Assembly (NCBI GenBank): GCA_002069785.1
Contig: MWCA01000004.1
Location: 18,050-82,049 of the forward strand
Length of the DNA stretch: 64,000 nucleotides
Source of the DNA: Lentisphaerae bacterium ADurb.Bin242
Lineage (GTDB): Bacteria; Verrucomicrobiota; Lentisphaeria; Victivallales; UBA1829
Direction of reading: 5' to 3'
Shown here one piece after another: positions 36,651-46,208 of this stretch. Under the pieces are notes generated by a model. That model saw only the letters and a program-made list of their open reading frames with translations. It did no database searches and had not been told where the DNA came from. Position 1 is the first letter of the stretch, and each line of letters begins with the position of its first letter. The position numbers were made by a program, and so were the translations under genes.

Positions 36651-38561
36651 GTGAAAAAGTCAATAGCAAATTCACATACGGAGGCGCTTGCGCAGATGAA
36701 ATCTTCAAAAGTTTCAAAAAAGAAGAATGTGATTCGTAAAATTGTCTCCTCTTCTGTAAAGGCTGTATCAAAAAGTATGAAAAAATCCTCCCCCGCCTCC
36801 GCGTCCAATAAAAATAGTCAGAAAACCATCCCCCCCGCCGCTTCCAAATCCGGTTCCAGAAAAACGGCGGCTCCCGTGAAATCCTCTTCCCCCGCGGAAA
36901 AGGAAAAGAAGAATCAGCCGAAAAAAACTCCGGCCGCTGCAAAACCGCCTGTGAAAAAAACACCGTCCGTTCCGGCTAAAAAGGCCGCTCCGGTGAAAAA
37001 GACGGCGGCTCCCGTGAAGAAACCCGCTTCCGCGAAAAAACCTGTTCCGGTCAAAAAACCCGTTCCGGTTTCCGGGCAGAAGGCGACGCCTCCGGTGAAA
37101 AAAACGGTGGCTCCGGTGAAAAAGACGGCGGCTCCCGTGAAGAAGGCCGCTCCGGTGAAGAAGGCCGCTCCGGTGAAGAAGGCCGCTCCGGTGAAGAAAG
37201 CGCCGCCCGTTCCGGTCAAGAAGACCGTTCCGGCTTCTGCGAAAAAACCGGCGACCCCGGCGAAAAAGACGGCGCCCCCGGTAAAGAAACCGGCTCCTGT
37301 GAAGAAACCCGTCCCGGTGAAAAAAGCGCCGCCCGTTCCGGTTCCTGCGAAGAAACCGGCGGCCCCGGCAAAAAAGACGGCGGTTCCTTCCGGAAAGGCG
37401 TCTGCCGTTGCGCCGGGAAAGAAACCGGTTCCCTCCAAAGAATTGCTTCCGGCCGCGCCGGGGAAAAAGAACGCTTCCGCCGCGAAAAAAGCGGCTCTAC
37501 AGGCACGCGAAGCCATCGATGCCGCGGGGAAGAAGAAGGGCAAGAAGGAACCGGCTGTTCCCGAAGAGGACAAGGCGGATGCCTCGCTGGTTCCGGAAAA
37601 CTCCCCGGAGGCCCAAGAACTTGCGGAAAATTCCGACAATCTGGAAGGTGCTGATCTCTCCGGTGATCTGGAAGGGGACGAGGAAAAGAAGAATGCCCTC
37701 GCCGCCGGAAAACTGGGCGCCGTCACGAAAAACGACACCATGAAGACCTATATGAATGAGATCGGCCAGATCTCCCTTGTGACGAAAGAGCAGGAAGTCT
37801 TTCTGGCCGCCGCCATTCATGGCACCGACAATTCCGCGCACGACGAGGCCCGCAAGACGCTGATCAAGGCGAACCTGCGGCTGGTCGTCAAGATCGCGCA
37901 CGACTTCAAAGGACTTGGCCTTCCGCTGCTGGACCTCATTTCCGAGGGAAACATCGGGCTCATGCGCGCCGTGGAGAAGTTCGACCCCGCCAAGGGCGCC
38001 AAGTTCAGTTCCTACGCCGCCTGGTGGATCAAGCAGTCCATGCGCCGCGCCCTGGCCAACCAGAGCCGGATCATCCGCATTCCCGTGCAGTCCGCCGGAA
38101 AAATCAACAAGATCAAGTCCATCCGCACGAAACTGGCGGAAAAGCTCGGACGCGAGCCCACCGACGCGGAAATCGCAAAGGACCTCGATTTCAGCGAACG
38201 GACCGTGGCCGGCCTCCGGCTGGCGGATCTCCGCACCTTCTCCCTTCACGATCCGATCCAGCAGGGCGAGGACGGCGAATTCCAGGACATCATCCCGGAC
38301 CGCGGCGCCATGACTCCCGACCGGATCCTGAGCGACGTCGAATCCGTCAGCCGTCTGGTCGATCTCCTTCAGGAACTGGACGAGCGCGAGCGCATGATCC
38401 TGAAAATGCGTTTCGGCCTGGACGGCACCCGCTCCCGCACGCTGGAGGAAGTCAGCCAGGAAATCGGACGCACCCGCGAACGCGTCCGCCAGATTCAGAA
38501 TCAGGCCCTGAGCAAATTGCGCGACCTGCTGGTGGACGAGGCCGGGTTCGCAAACGAATAA
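36651..38561 (+). CDS. rpoD: RNA polymerase sigma factor RpoD (sigma-70) with a long Lys/Pro/Ala-rich N-terminal extension
   Basis: The C-terminal ~290 aa carry regions 1.2-4: DLISEGNIGLMRAVEKFDPAKGAKFSSYAAWWIKQSMRRAL, RIPVQSAGKINKI and LEEVSQEIGRTRERVRQIQNQALSKLR. The start is either GTG at 36651 or ATG at 36696. Confidence 0.93.
   Translation: MKKSIANSHTEALAQMKSSKVSKKKNVIRKIVSSSVKAVSKSMKKSSPASASNKNSQKTIPPAASKSGSRKTAAPVKSSSPAEKEKKNQPKKTPAAAKPPVKKTPSVPAKKAAPVKKTAAPVKKPASAKKPVPVKKPVPVSGQKATPPVKKTVAPVKKTAAPVKKAAPVKKAAPVKKAAPVKKAPPVPVKKTVPASAKKPATPAKKTAPPVKKPAPVKKPVPVKKAPPVPVPAKKPAAPAKKTAVPSGKASAVAPGKKPVPSKELLPAAPGKKNASAAKKAALQAREAIDAAGKKKGKKEPAVPEEDKADASLVPENSPEAQELAENSDNLEGADLSGDLEGDEEKKNALAAGKLGAVTKNDTMKTYMNEIGQISLVTKEQEVFLAAAIHGTDNSAHDEARKTLIKANLRLVVKIAHDFKGLGLPLLDLISEGNIGLMRAVEKFDPAKGAKFSSYAAWWIKQSMRRALANQSRIIRIPVQSAGKINKIKSIRTKLAEKLGREPTDAEIAKDLDFSERTVAGLRLADLRTFSLHDPIQQGEDGEFQDIIPDRGAMTPDRILSDVESVSRLVDLLQELDERERMILKMRFGLDGTRSRTLEEVSQEIGRTRERVRQIQNQALSKLRDLLVDEAGFANE
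37137..37190 (+). repeat. three perfect tandem copies of the 18-bp unit GTGAAGAAGGCCGCTCCG (VKKAAP), inside a wider degenerate PVKK/AKK repeat region (about 36850-37400)
   Basis: Read directly from the sequence. The units span 37137-37154, 37155-37172 and 37173-37190. Imperfect copies flank them on both sides. Confidence 0.9.
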
Positions 38562-38615
38562 TGACAAGTTGAAACTCAAATAAGCCCAATTTATGGAAGA
38601 AAGGGGGTGAACATC

Positions 38616-38780
38616 ATGGAAGCTACGGAAATCCGTTTGAAAAAAGGCGAACCGATCGACAGAGCTCTTCGCCGTCTCAAAAAGAAGCTTGACAAAGAAG
38701 GCACCCTCAAGGAACTTCGCAACAGAAGGCATTTTGAGAAGCCGAGCGAAAAAAAGCGCCGCACTTTGCGCCATCGCTGA
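38616..38780 (+). CDS. rpsU: 30S ribosomal protein S21
   Basis: Absent from the ORF track because it is shorter than 60 aa. Manual translation gives [61 protein letters not shown] lies upstream of the ATG. Confidence 0.85.
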   Translation: MEATEIRLKKGEPIDRALRRLKKKLDKEGTLKELRNRRHFEKPSEKKRRTLRHR

Positions 38781-38804
38781 GCGATTGAGACATTTGTGAT
38801 TGTC

Positions 38805-38843
38805 GGGGACGGTTCTTTTTCAGGGCCGTCCTCTTTTATTTTT
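38805..38843 (+). terminator. putative Rho-independent terminator after rpsU
   Basis: GGGGACGG at 38805-38812 pairs with CCGTCCTC at 38826-38833, including one G-U pair. TTTTATTTTT follows. Confidence 0.5.
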
Positions 38844-38871
38844 ACGGCCGTTTCACGCGGAGCGGCGCAAC

Positions 38872-39474
38872 ATGGGACAGGAGACCATGGAAGCAGCGTA
38901 TTGGAAAAAACTGTGGATTCTCTTCTTCACCTTCGCCAGGATCGCGGCCCTGGTGGTGGGAGGCGGTCTCGCCATCCTGCCCGTGGTGGAGGAGACCTTC
39001 AGCCGCAGGAACAAATGGCTGACTCAGGAGGAACTGCTGGAAATGACGGCCCTGGCCCAGACGATTCCCGGCATCATCGCCTGCAATGCGGCCGTCTATG
39101 TGGGCATGAAGATCGCCGGAATCGGCGGGATGATCGCCGCCGCGCTCGGTGTCTGTTTCCCCTCGGTGACGATTATTCTGGTCATTGCGGCGTTCTTTCC
39201 GCATCTGGAGCCTTCCAATCCGTATGTGCTGGGGGCGTTCGCCGGAGTCCGCGCCTGTATCACGGGACTGATTCTTGTCACAGCATACCGGTTTGCGAAA
39301 AAGACGCTCACCGGCCGTTTTGAAGTGATTGCGGCCATCCTCGCCCTCTTGCTGCTCCTGATGAAAATCAATCCGGTCTATGTCATTCTCGGAGCCATGC
39401 CGCTGGGCGTCGTTTACGCTTTCTGGCACAAGGCGCGCGGAGACGCCCCGCTCGGGGAGGAGGACCCGAAATGA
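38872..39474 (+). CDS. chrA: chromate transporter family protein (short-chain CHR, first half)
   Basis: Trimmed to the ATG at 38872. FFTFARIAALVVGGGLAILPVVEETF...LAQTIPGIIACNAAVYVG. Confidence 0.85.
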   Translation: MGQETMEAAYWKKLWILFFTFARIAALVVGGGLAILPVVEETFSRRNKWLTQEELLEMTALAQTIPGIIACNAAVYVGMKIAGIGGMIAAALGVCFPSVTIILVIAAFFPHLEPSNPYVLGAFAGVRACITGLILVTAYRFAKKTLTGRFEVIAAILALLLLLMKINPVYVILGAMPLGVVYAFWHKARGDAPLGEEDPK

Positions 39475-40070
39475 ATCCTTTCGTCCTGTTTCTGCTTTTT
39501 GCCAAATTCGGATGCGTCAGCTTCGGCGGCGGATATGTGCTGATTCCCCTGATCATCAGTGAACTGGTGGAAAAAAGAGGACTCATCGGCATGGAAACCT
39601 TCGGCAATCTGGTCTCCATCGCGCAGGTGACCCCGGGTCCGGTCGGCATGAACGCCGCCACTTATGTGGGATACCTCCAGAGCGGATTCTTCGGGGCGCT
39701 GTCCGCCAGTTTCGGATTGATCGCCCCGTCTCTGGTCCTGGGGTTCCTGGCGTTTTACTCCATTTCCCGCTGGCGTGAGAGCGTATGGGTCCGCGGCATT
39801 CTGGAGGGAGTGCGGCCGGTATCCCTTGCGATGATCTTTTTTGCTGCGTTCCTGTTTCTCGGCATGTCGGTTTTCACCGCGCCGATCCCATGGGGCGAGC
39901 TCCTGAAGACCCTGACCGGACAGGGCGCGGGCTTGCCGGAAAACTTCCGGTTTTCGTTCGGCGGATTCATCATCTGCGCGACTGTGACGATCCTGTTTCT
40001 GAAGACGAAAATTTCCACGACGCTGCTGATTTTCCTGTCCGCGATCGCCGGAGCGCTCCTCTGCCGCTGA
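39471..40070 (+). CDS. chrA: chromate transporter family protein (short-chain CHR, second half)
   Basis: FAKFGCVSFGGGYVLIPLIISELVEKRG...IAQVTPGPVGMNAATYVG. Its start forms an ATGA overlap with the preceding gene. Confidence 0.85.
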   Translation: MNPFVLFLLFAKFGCVSFGGGYVLIPLIISELVEKRGLIGMETFGNLVSIAQVTPGPVGMNAATYVGYLQSGFFGALSASFGLIAPSLVLGFLAFYSISRWRESVWVRGILEGVRPVSLAMIFFAAFLFLGMSVFTAPIPWGELLKTLTGQGAGLPENFRFSFGGFIICATVTILFLKTKISTTLLIFLSAIAGALLCR

Positions 40071-40160
40071 ATCCCGTACAGAGCCGGAAAAATTCGGAAA
40101 ACATCGATCATATCAGGAAAAAGTCAAGTCGCCACAAACAACCTGACCTGAAGCAAAATT

Positions 40161-42545
40161 TTATTCCTCAAGGCCGTTTACTTTCCAGAATCGCCATTTC
40201 CCGGAATGAGGCGCAATGCGTATCGTTTGGAGCGCAAAAGCAGAAAGTTCTATAACTTCGTCTATTTTGAATACTGCGGAGAAAATTCTCGCGGTGCCCG
40301 GCATCCCGCTGCTTTCCTGCAAGCGTAAAATAAATCCTAATTGATTTTCCGCTTTTTTCCATGCGCAGAATATAGAACCCGAGGATTCCACCTCGAAAAA
40401 CGAAACATGATCCGGTAATGAACCCGGATGCATGGTTTCCATCAACGCGTGTGCCGGATGTTGAAATTCCATAGTCAGTTTATCGAGACGGACCGAATCA
40501 AAAGGCGCCCGCATGACGACCACGAGAATCCGCAGCGCGAAGGCTCCTTGATCAAGGTATTTTTTCCCTTCTTCCAGGCTGTATCTGAAAGCATGATAAC
40601 TGGGGCCCTCCACAGAACGGCGCAATGTCAGGCGGATGCTGGAGTCGGTTGTATCAAAACTGTAAACGCCGCTGTTTATGAGCCCGACAGTACATGGTTC
40701 GCCTTCGTAATCCCCGTTCAAGGCACACCAGCCATGCCCTGAAACTTCCTGCCTGTCCATTGGCCGGACAATGTGTCCATAAGGAGTTTGATATACGGCA
40801 CGCAGATGGCTCATCGCCACGGGAAGCTCGAATTTAAGCAATTGATCCGTTTCCCGCCACTGCCCGTAAATGCTCAGTTCGGTGAGATCGGAACCGGGGA
40901 GCGTGATCATTTCCAGGTTCAGTTCACTTTTCTCGAAAACCCCGCATCTTCTGGTTCTAAACCTGACGGGCCCGCGTTCAAGCACAAATTCATTCTCGAA
41001 GACAACCGGTTTCCACTCTGTCCGGAATGAATCAAGGCCATGGGCGAACACATCGGAGTTATCCGATCCGACAATCAATCCCGGTGGTTTCAGGAAAGCA
41101 CAGCGATCCCACACCGGGGAATGCGGCAGCGGCTCCGGCGGCGGCATTTTCTCCGAACTCAATTCAAGCAATGTATATCCGTACGGAGGCAGAACCGTTT
41201 TGACCAGAAGCTTTTCCCACGGTTTCAGCCACGGGCCGTATGGAGAATCAGCCGGAGCAAACTGAACAGGCATCCTTTCTCCCGAGGAACAGTCCATAAC
41301 GGAGTTTATTGCCGGTCCGCCGGCTCCATCTATCGCCGTGAACATATCGAGCGCCACAATGCTTTCCCGCGGCCATGGCAACGGATTGAAAATAAAAATC
41401 GCATTGTTTTTGAGTTTTGAAGTGTTTACCGCATACGATATCCGGTGAAGGTTTTCGGCCACGATTGTCCTGGCGGCATGAAGAGAAGCGCCCAGCGCTT
41501 CCTCCGCCTCATCATAGCATGCGGCGATGCAAGTGCCGGCAATAATATCATGGAACTGATTGAAGAGCAGGTTTTTCCACGCTTCCTCGAGTTTTTCGCC
41601 AGGGTATTCGACATATCCGAGCTGTTCGGAGAGGACTGCCAGCGTTTCCGCTTCCCGCATGGCGATTTCCGTTCGGCGATTGAGCTCCTTGATCCTGCCG
41701 CATGCGGAATAACACCCGATGTTGTGGGGAACCAGCTCTCCGCGGAACCGCGGCAATACGGAAAGAACGCCATCCTTGTGCAGTTCGGCGAAGAATCCGT
41801 CGAGAGTGCTGAATTTTATAACCGGCAAATCGCGGCAATCGGATAATTCGATTACTTTTCTGATTTGTTCCTCGCCGGGACCGCCGCCATGATCGCCCAA
41901 CCCGATAAAGAGCGCCGTGTGACGGCAGTCCGCCGCGAAATTGTTTTTCGCCGACTGCCGGATCAGAACCTCCAGCGACTGCCGGGTATCATTCGGACCG
42001 GTGGCATAGCCGCCGTACATACGCCAGGTCACAATCTCGGAGCCGTCCGAGGCACACCATCGGAAAAGATGGGGAAAATCCTCGTTCAGCCGCGGTTTGG
42101 AAAATACATAATAATCATATCCGGTACTTTTCAGGATTCGGGGCAGTTCCGCACAGTGCCCGAATGCATCGGGACAGTAGCCGATTTTGACATCGCGGTC
42201 GAAATGATCCCGAATGAACCTCTTCCCGTAAAGCGCTTGCCGGACCAGGCTTTCGCCCGACGGCAGATTGCAGTCCGCCTCCACCCACCATCCGCCGACA
42301 ACTTCCCAGCGTCCCTGACGCACCAGCGTCTGAATCTCGCGGAACAATCCGGGCGCCGATTCCTTGACCCATTGATAGATTACGGCGTTGGAATAGGAGA
42401 ATGTGAGTTGCGGATATTTTTCCATCAGCCGGACGACGGTGGTTACATTATTTAACGCTTCCGACCAACTTTCCCGCCAGCGCCAGAGCCAGGCCAGATC
42501 CAGATGGGCCTGACAAATGACATGAATGGTGTCGGTTTCATTCAT
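40161..42545 (-). CDS. glycoside hydrolase family 38 alpha-mannosidase (no signal peptide)
   Basis: VICQAHLDLAWLWRW, GGWWVEADCNLPSGESLVRQALYGKRF and GYCPDAFGH. Confidence 0.88.
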   Translation of the reverse strand: MNETDTIHVICQAHLDLAWLWRWRESWSEALNNVTTVVRLMEKYPQLTFSYSNAVIYQWVKESAPGLFREIQTLVRQGRWEVVGGWWVEADCNLPSGESLVRQALYGKRFIRDHFDRDVKIGYCPDAFGHCAELPRILKSTGYDYYVFSKPRLNEDFPHLFRWCASDGSEIVTWRMYGGYATGPNDTRQSLEVLIRQSAKNNFAADCRHTALFIGLGDHGGGPGEEQIRKVIELSDCRDLPVIKFSTLDGFFAELHKDGVLSVLPRFRGELVPHNIGCYSACGRIKELNRRTEIAMREAETLAVLSEQLGYVEYPGEKLEEAWKNLLFNQFHDIIAGTCIAACYDEAEEALGASLHAARTIVAENLHRISYAVNTSKLKNNAIFIFNPLPWPRESIVALDMFTAIDGAGGPAINSVMDCSSGERMPVQFAPADSPYGPWLKPWEKLLVKTVLPPYGYTLLELSSEKMPPPEPLPHSPVWDRCAFLKPPGLIVGSDNSDVFAHGLDSFRTEWKPVVFENEFVLERGPVRFRTRRCGVFEKSELNLEMITLPGSDLTELSIYGQWRETDQLLKFELPVAMSHLRAVYQTPYGHIVRPMDRQEVSGHGWCALNGDYEGEPCTVGLINSGVYSFDTTDSSIRLTLRRSVEGPSYHAFRYSLEEGKKYLDQGAFALRILVVVMRAPFDSVRLDKLTMEFQHPAHALMETMHPGSLPDHVSFFEVESSGSIFCAWKKAENQLGFILRLQESSGMPGTARIFSAVFKIDEVIELSAFALQTIRIAPHSGKWRFWKVNGLEE

Positions 42546-42555
42546 TTTTGACGAC

Positions 42556-43482
42556 TTATTTCAGTGCAAGCGATTCAAATGCGCGCCAGTTGTCTATCGT
42601 CAGCCGGATCAGGTCGCGGCAGGTCAGACGGCCTTTGAAAATAGTATTTTTTTCGTTGCCGACAGAAGCCAGCACGCCTTCAAACATAATCGGGCCGGAA
42701 TACTTAATCTCATCAAGCGCCATACATATTTCCGGCCAGTTGATCAATCCCAATCCCGGTGGTAAATGCAAGTCAAAGCGATAAGGAGACGGACTGGTCG
42801 ATATGCACGGCGGCAGGAAGCGGCCGAAATTGTCGTGAAAGTGAGTTTCCCTGAGCCGGGAACCTGCTTTTCTGATGCTGTCGGCGGGATTGCCGCCGGC
42901 CAGAAAGGCGTGGCCGGAATCAATACATATCCCGGTATTGGCGGTTGATGCCATTTCAAGAACTTTTTTCAAAAAATCGAACGATTCGGAATACGTACTG
43001 AAATAGATGTTTTCAAAAACAGGAACGATATTCATTTCTGCGGCATACTCCGCCAAGGCGCTGACTGCGGCGGCATAGTGCGTCATGAATTTTTTCTCTC
43101 CGGCCACTGCGATGGCCTGATCTGTTTCAGGAAAAGGACAATCCCTGAAATGACAGGAATGATAAACAATTCTGGAACTTTCCAGTAATTGCCCCTTCCG
43201 CAACTCCTGTTTTTGAGCGGAGAACAGTTCTTCCGGCAATGGTTGTCCAGGCACGGCGAGAACCGGCAGACAAGAATGCATCGAATACAACTTCAATCCA
43301 TATTCCTTCATTTCATTTTTGAATTCCAGAATCCGGGCTTTGTCCTGTGCCGCGTGCCACGATGTCCCGTCAATCCCCAGCCATCGGACGCCGCCGGCCG
43401 ACAAGTTCTGCATAATCCGGCGACGTTCCCGACTATGGGGATTGATGTAAAACCCTAATTCGCGGTTCATTTGAGGCTCCAT
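42556..43482 (-). CDS. sugar phosphate isomerase/epimerase (xylose isomerase-like TIM barrel)
   Basis: 308 aa. CIDSGHAFLAGGNP and ETHFHDNFG fit the AP_endonuc_2-type fold. Confidence 0.85.
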   Translation of the reverse strand: MEPQMNRELGFYINPHSRERRRIMQNLSAGGVRWLGIDGTSWHAAQDKARILEFKNEMKEYGLKLYSMHSCLPVLAVPGQPLPEELFSAQKQELRKGQLLESSRIVYHSCHFRDCPFPETDQAIAVAGEKKFMTHYAAAVSALAEYAAEMNIVPVFENIYFSTYSESFDFLKKVLEMASTANTGICIDSGHAFLAGGNPADSIRKAGSRLRETHFHDNFGRFLPPCISTSPSPYRFDLHLPPGLGLINWPEICMALDEIKYSGPIMFEGVLASVGNEKNTIFKGRLTCRDLIRLTIDNWRAFESLALK

Positions 43483-43507
43483 AATTTAAGACGATCCTCT
43501 CACAAAA

Positions 43508-44344
43508 CTAATGAGACGAAGCGTCTATTTTGACATCATCAACCGCAAGTTTTGCATTGTTGTCCTGCTTGTAATTGACCAGAATCATCACTCGGGCGTA
43601 TTCGCACCCGGCCCACCACTTTCCGGGCTCGATGCGCCCGGGAGAAGACATGCCTTTGATCGTTCCCTTTGCTTCCTGCCATTCCTGCGGGACATGCTTG
43701 TCCGAAACAACATAAATCGCGGACGGGCCATACGAATGTTCCCGGACAGCCGTCCCTTTCGGAAAACCGTCCTTCAGGTTTCGGGTCAGTTTTATGCTCC
43801 AGACGCCATTTTCATTCGTTATGCTCTCGATTCCCATAATGACTTTATTGTTGGGAAGGTCGGCCATCTTTCCCGATGCGTCGATGTCGAAAGCAACGCC
43901 GAATCCCTGTCCTTTTTTCCATTTTTCCGCATTCCGGACTTTGATGGCGTTTGAGCCCGCTGTGCAAGGTTCCAGCAATACGGTTTCAGTTCCCTTGACC
44001 CCATTCACAAACTGAGACTGAATTCGCTCTTTATTCTTGTCGTACGGCACCACGCCGAGAAATACTCTGCTGTTGTCCGAACCAAATGATTTCAACCATG
44101 CCGAAACAATATAGGTTTTTTCTTTATTTACGGGTATGAAAATTTCTGAAATGACTTCCTTGTACCCCCGAACATGAAAACAAAATCGGCCGGAACGGGG
44201 AGCAGAATCGCTGATGCGGTCAAAGCCGGACCATCCTGACAAATTCCCCGTTTCCGCATCCATATTCCCTTCTGCGCCTGGAGCACAAACCGCCGCACAC
44301 ATCCAGGCAAACATCAGCCACGGTTGAAAAATGGATCGTATCAT
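43508..44344 (-). CDS. secreted hypothetical protein, CBM-like; paralog of 57798..58625
   Basis: The track ORF starts at a TTG (44365). I prefer the ATG at 44344, with AAGGAGG 8 nt upstream, giving MIRSIFQPWLMFAWMCAAVCAPGAEG (signal peptide). GNLSGWSGF...FCFHVRG is CBM4/9-like. Confidence 0.7.
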   Translation of the reverse strand: MIRSIFQPWLMFAWMCAAVCAPGAEGNMDAETGNLSGWSGFDRISDSAPRSGRFCFHVRGYKEVISEIFIPVNKEKTYIVSAWLKSFGSDNSRVFLGVVPYDKNKERIQSQFVNGVKGTETVLLEPCTAGSNAIKVRNAEKWKKGQGFGVAFDIDASGKMADLPNNKVIMGIESITNENGVWSIKLTRNLKDGFPKGTAVREHSYGPSAIYVVSDKHVPQEWQEAKGTIKGMSSPGRIEPGKWWAGCEYARVMILVNYKQDNNAKLAVDDVKIDASSH

Positions 44345-44358
44345 CTTCATAACCTCCT

Positions 44359-46176
44359 TCACCAATTGATATAATTGAACGTTTCTTCGAGTATTCGGAT
44401 CCGTTCCATCTGTTTCCGGTCGACTCCGGCATTTTTAGCACGGTTCAAGTTGTCCTTGAAAGCTGCAATGACTTGCGGCGTGTAGACCTTTCCGCTCGGC
44501 TCGACGATGTCTTTGTATTGATTGTCGGGCACCCAGTCGGATTTTTCAACAGCATTCTCGATTGCAAGAAAGATATTCTTCACATAAGGAGCGGCATTGC
44601 CATACATATTCCGGCAATAGTCATCCAGCAGCACGTCGAAATTCTGTCGCGGGTTCCACAACATGCGGGCGCAAAGATAATATTGGAATGTATTGTGCTT
44701 CCAGTATTTGTTATTCGCCTGAGTGTAATACCATTTTACCCCATTATCATTCAAATATCTGAACATATCCCGTATGCGGTATAACACGGGGAGCCAGGCC
44801 ATTTCGTCACCGGTTGCGGACTTCCATTTGCCGTTCTCCCATCCTCCTTCCTTTCCAAGCATGAAATATTCCCATACGCCAATACATCTTGCCGCCTTGC
44901 GCCATTCCAGCAAATCGCGGTTTCTCTCTATGCTTTTGATGGATTTTGTTTTATCGATCGACCTTGCATAATCCACATGGAGACAAAGCTGCACGACAAT
45001 GTTTTTTTCCAGTGGAATATCGGTAACGGGTTTTTTGTACTCATGATACGACGGCATAAGGATGAATTTTCCGGGATGTTTCCGGCCGACGCGCCTGGCC
45101 ACTTCATTGACAAAAACCACCAGCCGTCTGGTCATGGAACCCTGTTCGCCTTCCACATCATTGATTCCGCCATATTTTGAACATTCGGCGCATTCGCACC
45201 ATTTGATGTTTCCATCCATGGGCCACATGGGAACAACAAGTCCGTCGGGATGTTTGTCAAACCAGTCCATGGCAAATTGGGAACACAAGTCAATCACATC
45301 CGGATTGGTCAGGCACAAATTGCCTCCGTGCCAGGTGATCCTGGTCGGAGTGTCCTGGGGAATGCGTTTGCCTTTATATAATGCAAAGTACTCCGGATGG
45401 GATGAAAAATATTTATCCGAAGAAATGATCACGTCGAAATTATGGACATTTGACTGCCATTTCTGCATCCGGAGCACGTCAAGCAAGTCCCGGTCTTCGA
45501 CAGACAACTCTTTCAAATGCTCGGGCCGTATATGCGCGTTACAGTTCAAGCGGTTTCTTGCGGACCACAATATCGCCTCTTTCAGCCCGAATGGATTGTT
45601 CGGGCTTATGTGAAGCTCCCGCTGTATGAATGCCGGAGAATTCTTAACAGTTCCTGCCGGAAGCGTTATGCTCTTCAGGGCCGGAATGACTTCTCCCGCC
45701 GCGCCGGGAAAATACCAGCGGACGCCGCATTTTTCCAGAAATTCATAGACGCTGTAGAGTGTCCCGCGGTCACCTCCGCCGACAAAAATTGCCGCGCCGG
45801 GACCTATATCGATCACAAAACTGTCATTGTTCTCTTCGAGTTGAGCACAATCCGCGACCTCTTTGTTCCATTGTGAATGGAAGGCTTCGGCCCGGACCGT
45901 TTTTCCCAGAAATATCGTAAATCCATTTCCAGCCCCTTCCTTTCCGGGTCCTTCCGCCTCCCGGATAACCGGCACTTCCCGCCCCGTCATTTTACCGATA
46001 TACTGCCGCAATTCACCCGCTGCAAACACTTCCGTTTTCGAAGGAGCGGCAGGGATACATATCTTGATTCCGGCAAGATCTATTTTCTGCAACGGGGGTT
46101 CGGCTGCAAACATATTGCAGCAAAAAACAGTCATGGCTCCTGTTGATAAAATCGCACCGAACAATAAAGACCTCAT
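44359..46176 (-). CDS. secreted DUF4838-like putative glycoside hydrolase
   Basis: Trimmed to the ATG at 46176, with GGAG upstream (MRSLLFGAILSTGAMTVFCCNMFAAEP). The motif GDRGTLYSVYEFLEKCGVRWYFPG recurs in 59277..62240. Confidence 0.8.
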   Translation of the reverse strand: MRSLLFGAILSTGAMTVFCCNMFAAEPPLQKIDLAGIKICIPAAPSKTEVFAAGELRQYIGKMTGREVPVIREAEGPGKEGAGNGFTIFLGKTVRAEAFHSQWNKEVADCAQLEENNDSFVIDIGPGAAIFVGGGDRGTLYSVYEFLEKCGVRWYFPGAAGEVIPALKSITLPAGTVKNSPAFIQRELHISPNNPFGLKEAILWSARNRLNCNAHIRPEHLKELSVEDRDLLDVLRMQKWQSNVHNFDVIISSDKYFSSHPEYFALYKGKRIPQDTPTRITWHGGNLCLTNPDVIDLCSQFAMDWFDKHPDGLVVPMWPMDGNIKWCECAECSKYGGINDVEGEQGSMTRRLVVFVNEVARRVGRKHPGKFILMPSYHEYKKPVTDIPLEKNIVVQLCLHVDYARSIDKTKSIKSIERNRDLLEWRKAARCIGVWEYFMLGKEGGWENGKWKSATGDEMAWLPVLYRIRDMFRYLNDNGVKWYYTQANNKYWKHNTFQYYLCARMLWNPRQNFDVLLDDYCRNMYGNAAPYVKNIFLAIENAVEKSDWVPDNQYKDIVEPSGKVYTPQVIAAFKDNLNRAKNAGVDRKQMERIRILEETFNYINW

Positions 46177-46208
46177 ATTCTTCTCCGCCGTGTTTTTGTT
46201 TGAGTTCA

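Noticed and set aside
36914-37741. A 275-aa minus-strand ORF rich in G, A, F and T, together with the periodic repeats here, which at first glance might suggest a repeat array.
   Set aside because: It is the mirror image of the rpoD Lys/Pro/Ala repeat region. The repeats are 18-bp coding units without unique spacers, so this is not a CRISPR array. The plus-strand frame continues into conserved sigma-70 regions.
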